Positions 40,908-49,334 of a stretch of 64,000 nucleotides of DNA are shown piece after piece. The first letter of the stretch is position 1, and each line of letters opens with the position of its first letter. The notes below the pieces were generated by a model, which saw only the letters and a list, made by a program, of their open reading frames with translations, was not told the DNA's origin and made no database searches. The stretch is from a virus. The stretch spans positions 1 through 64,000 of IMG/VR virus record IMGVR_UViG_3300042090_002370; one strand, written 5' to 3'. The translations under genes and the position numbers were made by a program.

Positions 40908-41578
40908 TTCGACGCAGCAATGTGGGTACCAGCAACAAGAAGAGGGCTGGCGGCAGCTGGGGCCTCAAGGCGACGGTCGAGACGAAGAATAACGTCCGTA
41001 TGGTCATGCGCGAGCGCGGCAAGATCATCGGGCGCTACGAGAACCATAATATCTGGCTGAATCTCGGGCGGGAGTACTTGGCCTCGCTACTCGACTACAT
41101 ATCCTTCGTGGGGCCTACACCGGAGAATAACAACCGCATCGCGTACATGGGCGTTGGGATCGGCGGCAACCAGCAGATCGCGCTGACCGTTGCAAACGCG
41201 GTGCCGCTGGTTACAGCCTACCCGGGTACGAACGCGCAGACGAATACTGACCCGACGGTTACAAAGCTCGAGCGCCCTGTTCGTATCTCCGGTGGGTCGC
41301 TCCCATACCCCGGGGCGTTCAGCGACTTGTGGCTCGGACAAGTTCAGGCCCCTGCTATGCATCTTACGGCAACGCAGGTAACCTTCAACCACCTCTTCGC
41401 TGACACGGACATCAGTTACTCACCATTCCTTGTGGTGCCGCTGAGCGAGATCATGCTTTTCACGTACGCCGCGAATCCGAATGTGTACAACAACACCGGC
41501 GTGGCGTACGACACATTCCCTACCATCTCCAAGACAAACGCCTTCTCGTTGGAAGTCGCGTGGACCGTTTTGTTCTAG
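40904..41578 (+). CDS. Tail/baseplate structural protein
   Basis: HNIWLN.GREYLA, YMGVG.G, FPTISKT...LEV.W; gene context. Confidence 0.65.
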   Translation: MIRRSNVGTSNKKRAGGSWGLKATVETKNNVRMVMRERGKIIGRYENHNIWLNLGREYLASLLDYISFVGPTPENNNRIAYMGVGIGGNQQIALTVANAVPLVTAYPGTNAQTNTDPTVTKLERPVRISGGSLPYPGAFSDLWLGQVQAPAMHLTATQVTFNHLFADTDISYSPFLVVPLSEIMLFTYAANPNVYNNTGVAYDTFPTISKTNAFSLEVAWTVLF

Positions 41579-41593
41579 GCACACGAGGTACAC

Positions 41594-44500
41594 ATGGCAC
41601 TCTTTCACAGGCTCAGCGTTCCATCATACTTTGGTGGCCTCCCTGCAGGTTACGACTATGTGAACAACGCCATCTCCGGTACGCCTGCGCCTGCTTCCGG
41701 TCAGCAAGGTGCAGGGCCGAATGCTGGTTCCTACTTCATTACATTCGGTGAGGATGCGACGGCTAATGATGCCAACCGTCCGGCGCAGGCGTTGGCAACG
41801 AACACGGATTACCTCGACGACATCCTGCGCACAGATCTCGTTCAGATCATCCGCTCGAGCGACAGTACTGTATCGGGCTCTCCGCTGACGAGCGTCACTA
41901 TTACAGGCAGTAACAACATTTGGCTCGGCAGCGGCGGGTACGCTTTGCAGGACCTCTTCCACGTCGTTGACTCAACCGAGCGCGAGATTGAGGTCAGTGG
42001 TACCAGGGTGGTTGTCTCGGCGATTGCTTCTGGGGGCACGCTAGGTGGTGGCTTCGCGACCGGCAACGTCACGCTCACACTGAATGTCGGCATTCCGGTT
42101 GGCGTCACCTGGCACATCTACTACTGCCAGAGAACGAACCTTGCCTCGATTCCGATTGACGCGCTCACGCTCCCCTTCCTGCGAAACCAAGATAGCGTCG
42201 ACGGCAGTGTCGTAGATTTCGTGGCGCAGATCTCTGCACCAGGCGTGCTGGGCAGCCCCGTTACTGCGCTCGAGGCCTATACCTACTCCACGCCTTACAG
42301 CCGTCTCGCAGCCACTGGCACGATGACGTTCAGCTGCGACCCGACAGACTCTGGCGCGACAGTTCGGCATTTCTACTTCGTCACGCGTGGGCAGACGGTC
42401 AACAGAGACATCTTCGATATCTGGGATGACCCTACGTCTAGCGCTGTTGGCGCTGGTCTGACTGGGCGCATACGCGGCGATGTTGGTGTTGCCTACTCTA
42501 GCTTGGGCACGTTGCCGCTACAGGATGCGAACATTGTCTCTGGGCTCGGTGCCGGGATGAATGCGTTCTGGCCGCTTACAAGTTCGACAACGGTCAGCGG
42601 CGATCAGTACCCGCGTCTTTTTGAAAAGGTGGTCACGGACGCTGCGTTTGGTAATGCGACGCCGCCCTCCATTCTGCGTTACGTGAATGGTCGCTGGTGC
42701 TGCACCGTGGGTGACGGTACGAACTCGTTCGGTGACTTCAGCGGTGCTGCCTCTTTGGAAGCAGCGCTGGCCTACGCTGCGGCAGCCGGCGTGACGAATC
42801 TGCACATCCAGATGAAGCTCGGTACCTTTACGGTGAGCTCATCGCACACGTTCGCTGGCGAGGTCGTTCTAGAGGGGCACTCCTCCGGGCAGACGGTCAT
42901 TCAGACACACGTAACTGCGTCCAGCCCCGTCTTCACAACGACGTTTGGGCTGATCCTGAAACACCTGAGCATCGTGTACGCAACAGGTGCTGGCTGCGCG
43001 GTGGTTGTTACTGGTGCTACTGCGTTCCTAGAGGATGTGGGCCTGTACGGCATTCCGCTGCAGCTCGTCAACGGTGTTTCGACCTACGGTCAGACCCTTC
43101 TCTGCAGAGACTGTTACTTCCAGCCGTCTGTGGCTAACTCCCCGACGAGTACCTACAGCGTTCTGATTACAGTCAACGATGGCGTCACGCACGCTGGGTA
43201 CCAGTTCTATGGATGCACGTGGCTCTGTGCGGATGAGACTGGGCCTGTTCAGATCACGGCCTTTGGCGCAACGCTAGCAACCACCGTAGAAGGGGTTCTC
43301 TTCAGAGACTGCTACTACACGTTGGGTGGTACGGCGACGACGAGCTCGCACCTGACTACGAACACTGGCGTCCTTTACGTCAATCCGGCTGGTACTAACC
43401 TCCTGCTGAACATCACGGATGTCACGTGGGAAGACTGCTATCCGTCTGGGAACAATACGTCCTCTACGAACGGTGTACTGGCTAGGATTCATCCCATTGG
43501 CACCGGCGATAACAGTACCAGTCACAAGGCCGTCGTGGGCGCGGTTGTTATCAGGGGTGGTATCTGGACTGCTAATGCCTGCTCAGGCGCCGGCAGCATC
43601 ATCTCGCAGTTACTCATTGCCGCGCAGACCATCACCGTCGCCGACGTTATATTCAACGCGAACAGCCAGCCGTATGGTGGCGGACCGAGCAGCGAAGACC
43701 AGTACATCATTGACGGTGTCTCGCACTCTGTGCAGGACTGGCATCAGTTCATCTTCGCGCCGGGTGGGCAGTCCGTCCTTTCGCCTTTGAACGGGACGAC
43801 TGTGCTTGCGATGCGTAACGTGCAGTTCCAGAACTTCGTTGCAGGATCGAGCTCCGGTGACATCTGGTTCTATTTAGGCGGTAGGGTAGACATCGACGGC
43901 GTGTTCTTGTCAGGGTACCAGTCCTCTACGGGCACGTTGCCCAACGCGCGCGTACGAGTGACGCCCAATGCAACGTCAGGTAGCTTCAAGGGGCTTTCAC
44001 TGCACGGCGCCTCTGCTGGTACTGGGACATTCACGAACTACAGTAACCGCGGCCTGGCTGCGTTCGTTCTACTTGAGCCCAGCCCGGTGTCTGTTACGCA
44101 GGCATTGCTGCTCTCCGGTTTGATCTTGGAGAACTTCACCTACTCCGGGTCGAACTATGACGACGGTATCGTTATGGTCAATCCAGCAACCGGAACGTTC
44201 TCGTGGCGGTACTGGATTGACCAAGCGAAGGTATCTGGCGTCTGGAACGGCTTTGCGATGTACGGACAAGATGTCGGCAGCCAGGGCGGGAACAACACGC
44301 CGCTCGCCAACTTTCGGATTACCGACAGCGAGTTCAGCGAGAATTTCAACTACGGCATCCTGCTGAACCCCGATGAGCTGACGTCTGTACAGCTTGAGGG
44401 GAACAGCATGGCCATCAATGGCCTGTATGGGCTGTACTTCATTCCGCACACCTGGACTAACGGCGTAGTGACCTTTACGGACAACTACATGTTGGAGAAC

Positions 44501-44788
44501 AACGCCAATAACGCGCAGGCGTTCTTTGCGTCTACTCAGGCTGGCGCATCCCCTCACATGACCATACGCGATAACGTTGCGCTAGGTAACTTGGGCGCGC
44601 TTGCATCGATCAAGGTGCAGTTCCAGAGTTCTGGCGCATTGCCGAGTACCGGTGTGCCAGGCAACCTAAGCAACTTCTTCATCTTCGGGGTGCACACCGG
44701 CATCTCTAGTCTTGGCGTGCCCACGCCGCTGTCCTATACGAGTACGTCTGCGATGATGGAGAACATGGCGCTGCTTCTGACGCCATGA
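41594..44788 (+). CDS. Tail fibre/tailspike with probable parallel beta-helix
   Basis: NRPAQALATNTDYL head, TVGDG..SFGDF motif, Asn-ladder C-terminus. Confidence 0.7.
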   Translation: MALFHRLSVPSYFGGLPAGYDYVNNAISGTPAPASGQQGAGPNAGSYFITFGEDATANDANRPAQALATNTDYLDDILRTDLVQIIRSSDSTVSGSPLTSVTITGSNNIWLGSGGYALQDLFHVVDSTEREIEVSGTRVVVSAIASGGTLGGGFATGNVTLTLNVGIPVGVTWHIYYCQRTNLASIPIDALTLPFLRNQDSVDGSVVDFVAQISAPGVLGSPVTALEAYTYSTPYSRLAATGTMTFSCDPTDSGATVRHFYFVTRGQTVNRDIFDIWDDPTSSAVGAGLTGRIRGDVGVAYSSLGTLPLQDANIVSGLGAGMNAFWPLTSSTTVSGDQYPRLFEKVVTDAAFGNATPPSILRYVNGRWCCTVGDGTNSFGDFSGAASLEAALAYAAAAGVTNLHIQMKLGTFTVSSSHTFAGEVVLEGHSSGQTVIQTHVTASSPVFTTTFGLILKHLSIVYATGAGCAVVVTGATAFLEDVGLYGIPLQLVNGVSTYGQTLLCRDCYFQPSVANSPTSTYSVLITVNDGVTHAGYQFYGCTWLCADETGPVQITAFGATLATTVEGVLFRDCYYTLGGTATTSSHLTTNTGVLYVNPAGTNLLLNITDVTWEDCYPSGNNTSSTNGVLARIHPIGTGDNSTSHKAVVGAVVIRGGIWTANACSGAGSIISQLLIAAQTITVADVIFNANSQPYGGGPSSEDQYIIDGVSHSVQDWHQFIFAPGGQSVLSPLNGTTVLAMRNVQFQNFVAGSSSGDIWFYLGGRVDIDGVFLSGYQSSTGTLPNARVRVTPNATSGSFKGLSLHGASAGTGTFTNYSNRGLAAFVLLEPSPVSVTQALLLSGLILENFTYSGSNYDDGIVMVNPATGTFSWRYWIDQAKVSGVWNGFAMYGQDVGSQGGNNTPLANFRITDSEFSENFNYGILLNPDELTSVQLEGNSMAINGLYGLYFIPHTWTNGVVTFTDNYMLENNANNAQAFFASTQAGASPHMTIRDNVALGNLGALASIKVQFQSSGALPSTGVPGNLSNFFIFGVHTGISSLGVPTPLSYTSTSAMMENMALLLTP

Positions 44789-44791
44789 GTA

Positions 44792-44831
44792 GCTAGGAAA
44801 AAGAGCGCCGGGGTTGCCTGCCCCTACGCTC
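44792..44831 (-). terminator. Probable terminator of the minus-strand lipoprotein gene
   Basis: On the minus strand a GAGCG...CGCTC stem, then TTTTTCCTAGC. Confidence 0.55.
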
Positions 44832-44843
44832 GATTACCTAAGA

Positions 44844-45584
44844 CTACGGAACGGTCGTAGTCCATGTGCCACCCCAAGCGCCTTCGCAGTTCGACTGGTC
44901 TTGGTCGAGCGTGAGCTGCCCACTTGCCGCAGTGCTCGGAAAGCATGCCTCCGTCGTCTCTCCGCCAAATGGGATCTTGCAGCATCCGCCGAGGTCTAGC
45001 CCCTGACAAGATGGCGCTGGAGCCGCGCAGCCTACCGTGCCGCCAGACACTCCATTGCATCCACAATCGGCCGCGTTCAAACCTACTGCGTAGTCACACG
45101 CGTCGACCTGATTCACCGTACCTGTCCCGGCAACATAGCTTCCTGAGAAAGCCGGCCCAGGTCCGTTAGGCGCTGCGGTAGGGGGCCACGTAGGCGTTTC
45201 GGCAAGAACAAAGTCGGTGGGGTCTAGTACTGTGACAACGTATCGACCGTTCGCTGCAGGTACACCTTGTACGCCGTTTACAGTAATGCTCTGACCGGTG
45301 ACCGCCCCTGATGCCGTGGCCGTTTTGATCTGAATAAGCCCACCAGTGTAGCTCTGCACATTGACCACACTTGTTAGCGGGTTCCCCCAGTAGACACATG
45401 CCTGCCCTACTGGTGGGGTGTTTCCATTCAATGCCTGCTCAGGCGGTAATGGTGGAAGCGGGGCATACGGCGGCACGACGACGTCGTCCCTGCCCTCAGC
45501 CACAGGCGGCAGTTCGGCCGTGCAGTTGGGCAGAAGAAGAAGAAGTGCGACAAGCGACGAATACAGCGAGAGTGCTCTTTTCAT
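44844..45584 (-). CDS. Secreted protein or lipoprotein with FCCH-like beta domain and Cys-rich C-terminus
   Basis: GGGATAAG motif and GGAGG before ATG 45584; signal peptide ending in Cys; ITV.GV.G...ANG.Y.VTV....F.L. Confidence 0.7.
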   Translation of the reverse strand: MKRALSLYSSLVALLLLLPNCTAELPPVAEGRDDVVVPPYAPLPPLPPEQALNGNTPPVGQACVYWGNPLTSVVNVQSYTGGLIQIKTATASGAVTGQSITVNGVQGVPAANGRYVVTVLDPTDFVLAETPTWPPTAAPNGPGPAFSGSYVAGTGTVNQVDACDYAVGLNAADCGCNGVSGGTVGCAAPAPSCQGLDLGGCCKIPFGGETTEACFPSTAASGQLTLDQDQSNCEGAWGGTWTTTVP

Positions 45585-45592
45585 GATGGGTT

Positions 45593-45611
45593 CCTCCACT
45601 ACTCTTATCCC
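45593..45611 (-). promoter_or_regulatory. GGGATAAGAGTAGTGGAGG promoter motif plus RBS
   Basis: Repeated motif on the minus strand. Confidence 0.7.
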
Positions 45612-45692
45612 CGAAATGTGCAAAAACTTGCCTGGATGTAGGTCGCTAGGCTCCTTCGTTTCTTCTAGCGTCACGTGGTAACCTTCCAGGCT

Positions 45693-46103
45693 ATGCCGCT
45701 GAACTCGCTGGACCAGATTCTAACCGTTCCAACGCTGTGCCTCATCATCGTTTTGGCCGTGATGACGCTGCTCCTGCGGAGATTGGCAGAGGCTGTCTGG
45801 CCAGTCCTTTCTTCTACGACGCCGCTGACGACCGCTCAGCGTGTCTGGGAAGAGTTCGTACTGCCGACCATCCCGGCGGCTATGGGTACGCTGTTCTGCT
45901 CGTTCGTGCCGATGAGCATGTACCCCTATCCAGCTGTAGCATCCGTAACGACGCTCTCCAGGATTCTCTACGGTTTCTCTCTTGGTTGGTTTTCTTCAGG
46001 CGGGTACCGTGGTATCTCCGCTGTCCTCAAGAAGAAGTGGAATATTAGCCTGCCTGGTGATACGGACCCGCCGCCGCGCTTGAACGGCACCGGCGGCCAC
46101 TAG
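45693..46103 (+). CDS. Holin-like membrane protein (about 3 TM helices)
   Basis: Hydrophobic segments, basic C-terminus. Confidence 0.55.
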   Translation: MPLNSLDQILTVPTLCLIIVLAVMTLLLRRLAEAVWPVLSSTTPLTTAQRVWEEFVLPTIPAAMGTLFCSFVPMSMYPYPAVASVTTLSRILYGFSLGWFSSGGYRGISAVLKKKWNISLPGDTDPPPRLNGTGGH

Positions 46104-46164
46104 AAACTTTCGTCGTAGGTTGGGAATAAGACCTGCGCACTCTCTAGTGCGAGGAGGCTTTCTC

Positions 46165-47076
46165 ATGCGCAAAGACGTCACCATTCTCACAGGCGACCCC
46201 ACCATCGAGCTCATCGCCGCGATGAAGCTATTGCCTATCGGCATCGAGGCCATGATGGACTGGGTTCGCGTCCACCGGCCAGAGTGTCTGCCGGACGACC
46301 CCGAGGATCAGAGCTGGCGTTCGCTCTTCCCGCACGACCTCGAGGAGGCCACGGCGAATGCGAACGACTCCATGGTCGTGCAGAAGCGGCCGCTCACCGA
46401 CAACGAGCTCCTCGTCGAGCTCGCCGGCAGGAAGTGTTACGACTCCTTCGGGAAGAAGGCCGGCAAGAAGTCCAACAGCGAGTACATCAAAAACACGCAG
46501 CAGGGCGACATCCCGCACGCCAGCATCCTCTACCACGCCAAGCTCAGCTTCTTCTTCGCCGGCATCTCCCGCCGGGTTAGCCACGAGCTCATCAGAAACT
46601 ATGTGGGCGCCGACCGTGATGAGGAGGGAGCTCCGTCGCAGGAATCCACGCGCTTCACGCACCACTACGGGTTCTTTATCTGCCCACCGCGTTATCTCGG
46701 CTCTGACGCCTTCTGGGATGCTGCCGCTGCCTCTGGCGTACGCCAGCACTTCGAGCAGTCCATGCAGTTGGCGTACGACAACTACCTCAAGGCCGTGGAG
46801 CTCGAGGTGAAGGAGTTTGAGTTACGGTATGGCAAGCCACCCACCAGCATCGACAAGAAGCGCATCTACGAGGCCGCCTCGAGCTTCCTGCCGCACCAGG
46901 CCGAGACCAGCTTCATCTGGACCACGAACCCAGCAGCCATCGCGAAGCTGGTACGTGAACGGGCGAACAACGCCGCCGACCTAGAAATACAGCGTTTCGC
47001 TCGGAAGCTTCGGCGCGTTGCAGTCGACTACTGCCCCAATTTATTTCCGCAAGTTTGGATGCAATCAACGGATTAG
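46165..47076 (+). CDS. thyX: FAD-dependent thymidylate synthase, divergent
   Basis: ELAGR.CY.S, H.S.L.H, GISR..SHELIR...SQESTR, LP...ET...WT.N, A..EI. Confidence 0.85.
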   Translation: MRKDVTILTGDPTIELIAAMKLLPIGIEAMMDWVRVHRPECLPDDPEDQSWRSLFPHDLEEATANANDSMVVQKRPLTDNELLVELAGRKCYDSFGKKAGKKSNSEYIKNTQQGDIPHASILYHAKLSFFFAGISRRVSHELIRNYVGADRDEEGAPSQESTRFTHHYGFFICPPRYLGSDAFWDAAAASGVRQHFEQSMQLAYDNYLKAVELEVKEFELRYGKPPTSIDKKRIYEAASSFLPHQAETSFIWTTNPAAIAKLVRERANNAADLEIQRFARKLRRVAVDYCPNLFPQVWMQSTD

Positions 47077-47117
47077 CTGATTGGATAGACCTTGTAACAA
47101 AGAAAGAGGAGTAGAAC

Positions 47118-47423
47118 ATGGCGGCGGAACCCTCTAAGGCGGAACAACCGGTTATTGGAGTACGTCCTGTAGTGCAGGACAAGGCCCTCAACGGGGCTGC
47201 AGCAGCCAAGCCGGACGCCTTCGCCCCTCTGCGGGAGTTTGTCGAGCAGATGGTGAAGGACGCACGTGAGGAGGGGCGCAAAGCTGGCGTGGTTGAAGGT
47301 CGTGTGTTGGGCTTGCGACGGGCCTGTACGCTACTAGGCATTGCGATGAGCAAGCTCTCAGTGGATGACAGGAACAAGCTCGCCGGCGCACTCGAGGACG
47401 TTGAGCACGAGCTCGTAAAGTAG
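47118..47423 (+). CDS. Hypothetical protein
   Basis: GAGGAG RBS. Confidence 0.6.
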   Translation: MAAEPSKAEQPVIGVRPVVQDKALNGAAAAKPDAFAPLREFVEQMVKDAREEGRKAGVVEGRVLGLRRACTLLGIAMSKLSVDDRNKLAGALEDVEHELVK

Positions 47424-47463
47424 AAGAGGTGGGCCCGCGAGGGCCGGGCCCCCTTCTTTTAGC
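47422..47463 (+). terminator. Intrinsic terminator
   Basis: GGGCCCG/CGGGCCC stem followed by TTCTTTTAGC. Confidence 0.75.
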
Positions 47464-47489
47464 TACGTGTTGGATGCATACTGTTCTTC

Positions 47490-47876
47490 ATGCTGGCCGT
47501 CAGCACCAACACGCGCAACGTCGAGGTTATGGCCACGACGGCCAGTATGAATGGCGGGTATCTGCGCGTGTACGGAGCCCCACGGCCGCCTGCACCGGAG
47601 GTTGCCGTAACCTCTCAAGTGCTGTTCGTGGAGTTGCGTTTCGCCACTTCCGCATTCGCGCCTCCGGTAAATGGTGTAGCTCAGGTGACTACAATCCCAG
47701 CTGGGGCCATCCTCGCAAGCGGCATGCCTACATGGTTTCGGGCATTTGCCGAAGACGGGGTTACAGCTATCCTAGACGGTGACATTGGTGAGGACCTCGA
47801 TCTAAGTCAGTCTCGCATCATCTCCGGCGGCACCTTTTCCGTGGTCTCTCTCGTGTACTACATCCCCAACCCCTAA
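47490..47876 (+). CDS. Small virion structural protein
   Basis: LRVYG..RP...V...AF....G...A..G..TWFR pattern typical of phage tail-associated proteins. Confidence 0.6.
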   Translation: MLAVSTNTRNVEVMATTASMNGGYLRVYGAPRPPAPEVAVTSQVLFVELRFATSAFAPPVNGVAQVTTIPAGAILASGMPTWFRAFAEDGVTAILDGDIGEDLDLSQSRIISGGTFSVVSLVYYIPNP

Positions 47877-47925
47877 GCCACGTTCGGCGTTCCCAGACGC
47901 TGCCGCAACCTGATAGGCTAAGCGC

Positions 47926-48231
47926 ATGCACCAGCTCCCTCTGACGTTAACGGTTCGTTCGGTGAGGGTCACTGACCAGGGCGTCGACTTTGCGTGCGTC
48001 GTAGAAGACGCCAAGGGCGAAAGCGTTCGCTTCGTTCCGATGACTACCGGCCCTGTTTCTGCTGCCGAGGCGTTCGCTATTCTGCAGGGGCATGCAGACA
48101 CGCTGGCAAAAGATCTTCTACGTCAAGGTAAGGCGCAGTTGGTTGAAGTCAGCCAGAGTGAAGAAGAGAGGGTCAAAGCTCTCGAGGCCATGGTTGGGCT
48201 TCATTTCGAAGGAAGCACGGTGCGCGTATGA
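47926..48231 (+). CDS. Hypothetical protein
   Basis: TAGGCT 6 nt before ATG. Confidence 0.6.
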   Translation: MHQLPLTLTVRSVRVTDQGVDFACVVEDAKGESVRFVPMTTGPVSAAEAFAILQGHADTLAKDLLRQGKAQLVEVSQSEEERVKALEAMVGLHFEGSTVRV

Positions 48232-49289
48232 GCAATCAGCTTTTCGGTATCGCGAAGCAGCGCCTTGTCGACGCAGGCATGCCGCGGATCTACATCTCAC
48301 GCCGCGTTCTCGCTGAGCTCAACGACTTCGAGGAGTCCAGGGCGCGCAAGAAGTCGTTCGTGCGTAGGGAGCGTGAGTTTCGGGCCTGCGGCATGTCCGC
48401 TAGGTTGTTCGATACTGGGCGCAACGCTTTCAATACGAAGGCTATCTCGTGGACAGGTGATACGCAGAAGGCGCTCTTGCTCGACATGAGCGCTACTGGC
48501 ACCTACGTGAAGGTCATCTCAACGGTCTCCAACGCGAGCCCAGCGGTGTACACCACGACAGTGGCACACGGGTTCTCTACTGGCGACGTCGTTGTGGTAA
48601 CCGGCGTGCTGGGTAACCTGTCAACGAACCAGACTGGGCTTGTGACGAGCCCGAGCGGCTCCACGTTCTCCATGACGACCCTCGAGGGTCAGACCATCGC
48701 TGGGTCAGCTGCGTACACCTCTGGTGGGTACTGCATCGACCTGACGCAGGCACAGTTCGTTTCCGGTATTCTCGGCAACCGTGTCGGCACAGATCAGACT
48801 CTTGCGGGTACGACGAGCTCCAAGGGCGTCGCAAACGCAACCACGCCCATCACCTGGCCCACAGTTCCTTCTGGCAACCCTGCGCAGGCGGTTGTCTTCT
48901 ACGACGCAGCTGGCGGCTCAGACGCCACCAACCAGATCATCGGCTGGCAGGATGGGAAGATCCGCGTCATCACGGTCGGGGATACGCCGCTTTCATCGAC
49001 GTCCATGAAGGTACAGCCGCTTCGAGCTCAGCTCTGGGACGGGTCGACAGGCTCCGCGCCTGTGCTCTGGTTCTCCAACGGGTTCTCTGCCACGCTCAAC
49101 GCCGCTGCTGCACAGGGCGCAGACTCCCTCACCGTGACGTCAACCGGACACGACATCCCTGACCTTCAGACGGCAGACGTCATCGCATTTGGAGCGGGTC
49201 TACCCGTTACCCCGTCCGGCGGTAACATCGCGTTCAACATCGGTTCTATCTACGCTCCGCTCACGCCGACTGGAATCTACGAGTTGTAG
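48228..49289 (+). CDS. Virion protein with FCCH-like domain
   Basis: SNASPAV.TT...HGFSTGD.V...GV.G; GLPVTP.GG.I C-terminus. Confidence 0.65.
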   Translation: MSNQLFGIAKQRLVDAGMPRIYISRRVLAELNDFEESRARKKSFVRREREFRACGMSARLFDTGRNAFNTKAISWTGDTQKALLLDMSATGTYVKVISTVSNASPAVYTTTVAHGFSTGDVVVVTGVLGNLSTNQTGLVTSPSGSTFSMTTLEGQTIAGSAAYTSGGYCIDLTQAQFVSGILGNRVGTDQTLAGTTSSKGVANATTPITWPTVPSGNPAQAVVFYDAAGGSDATNQIIGWQDGKIRVITVGDTPLSSTSMKVQPLRAQLWDGSTGSAPVLWFSNGFSATLNAAAAQGADSLTVTSTGHDIPDLQTADVIAFGAGLPVTPSGGNIAFNIGSIYAPLTPTGIYEL

Positions 49290-49334
49290 AAGCGTGGCGC
49301 GTCGCTGGCGGCGTGCCAGGCTTAGTGACCGCCT

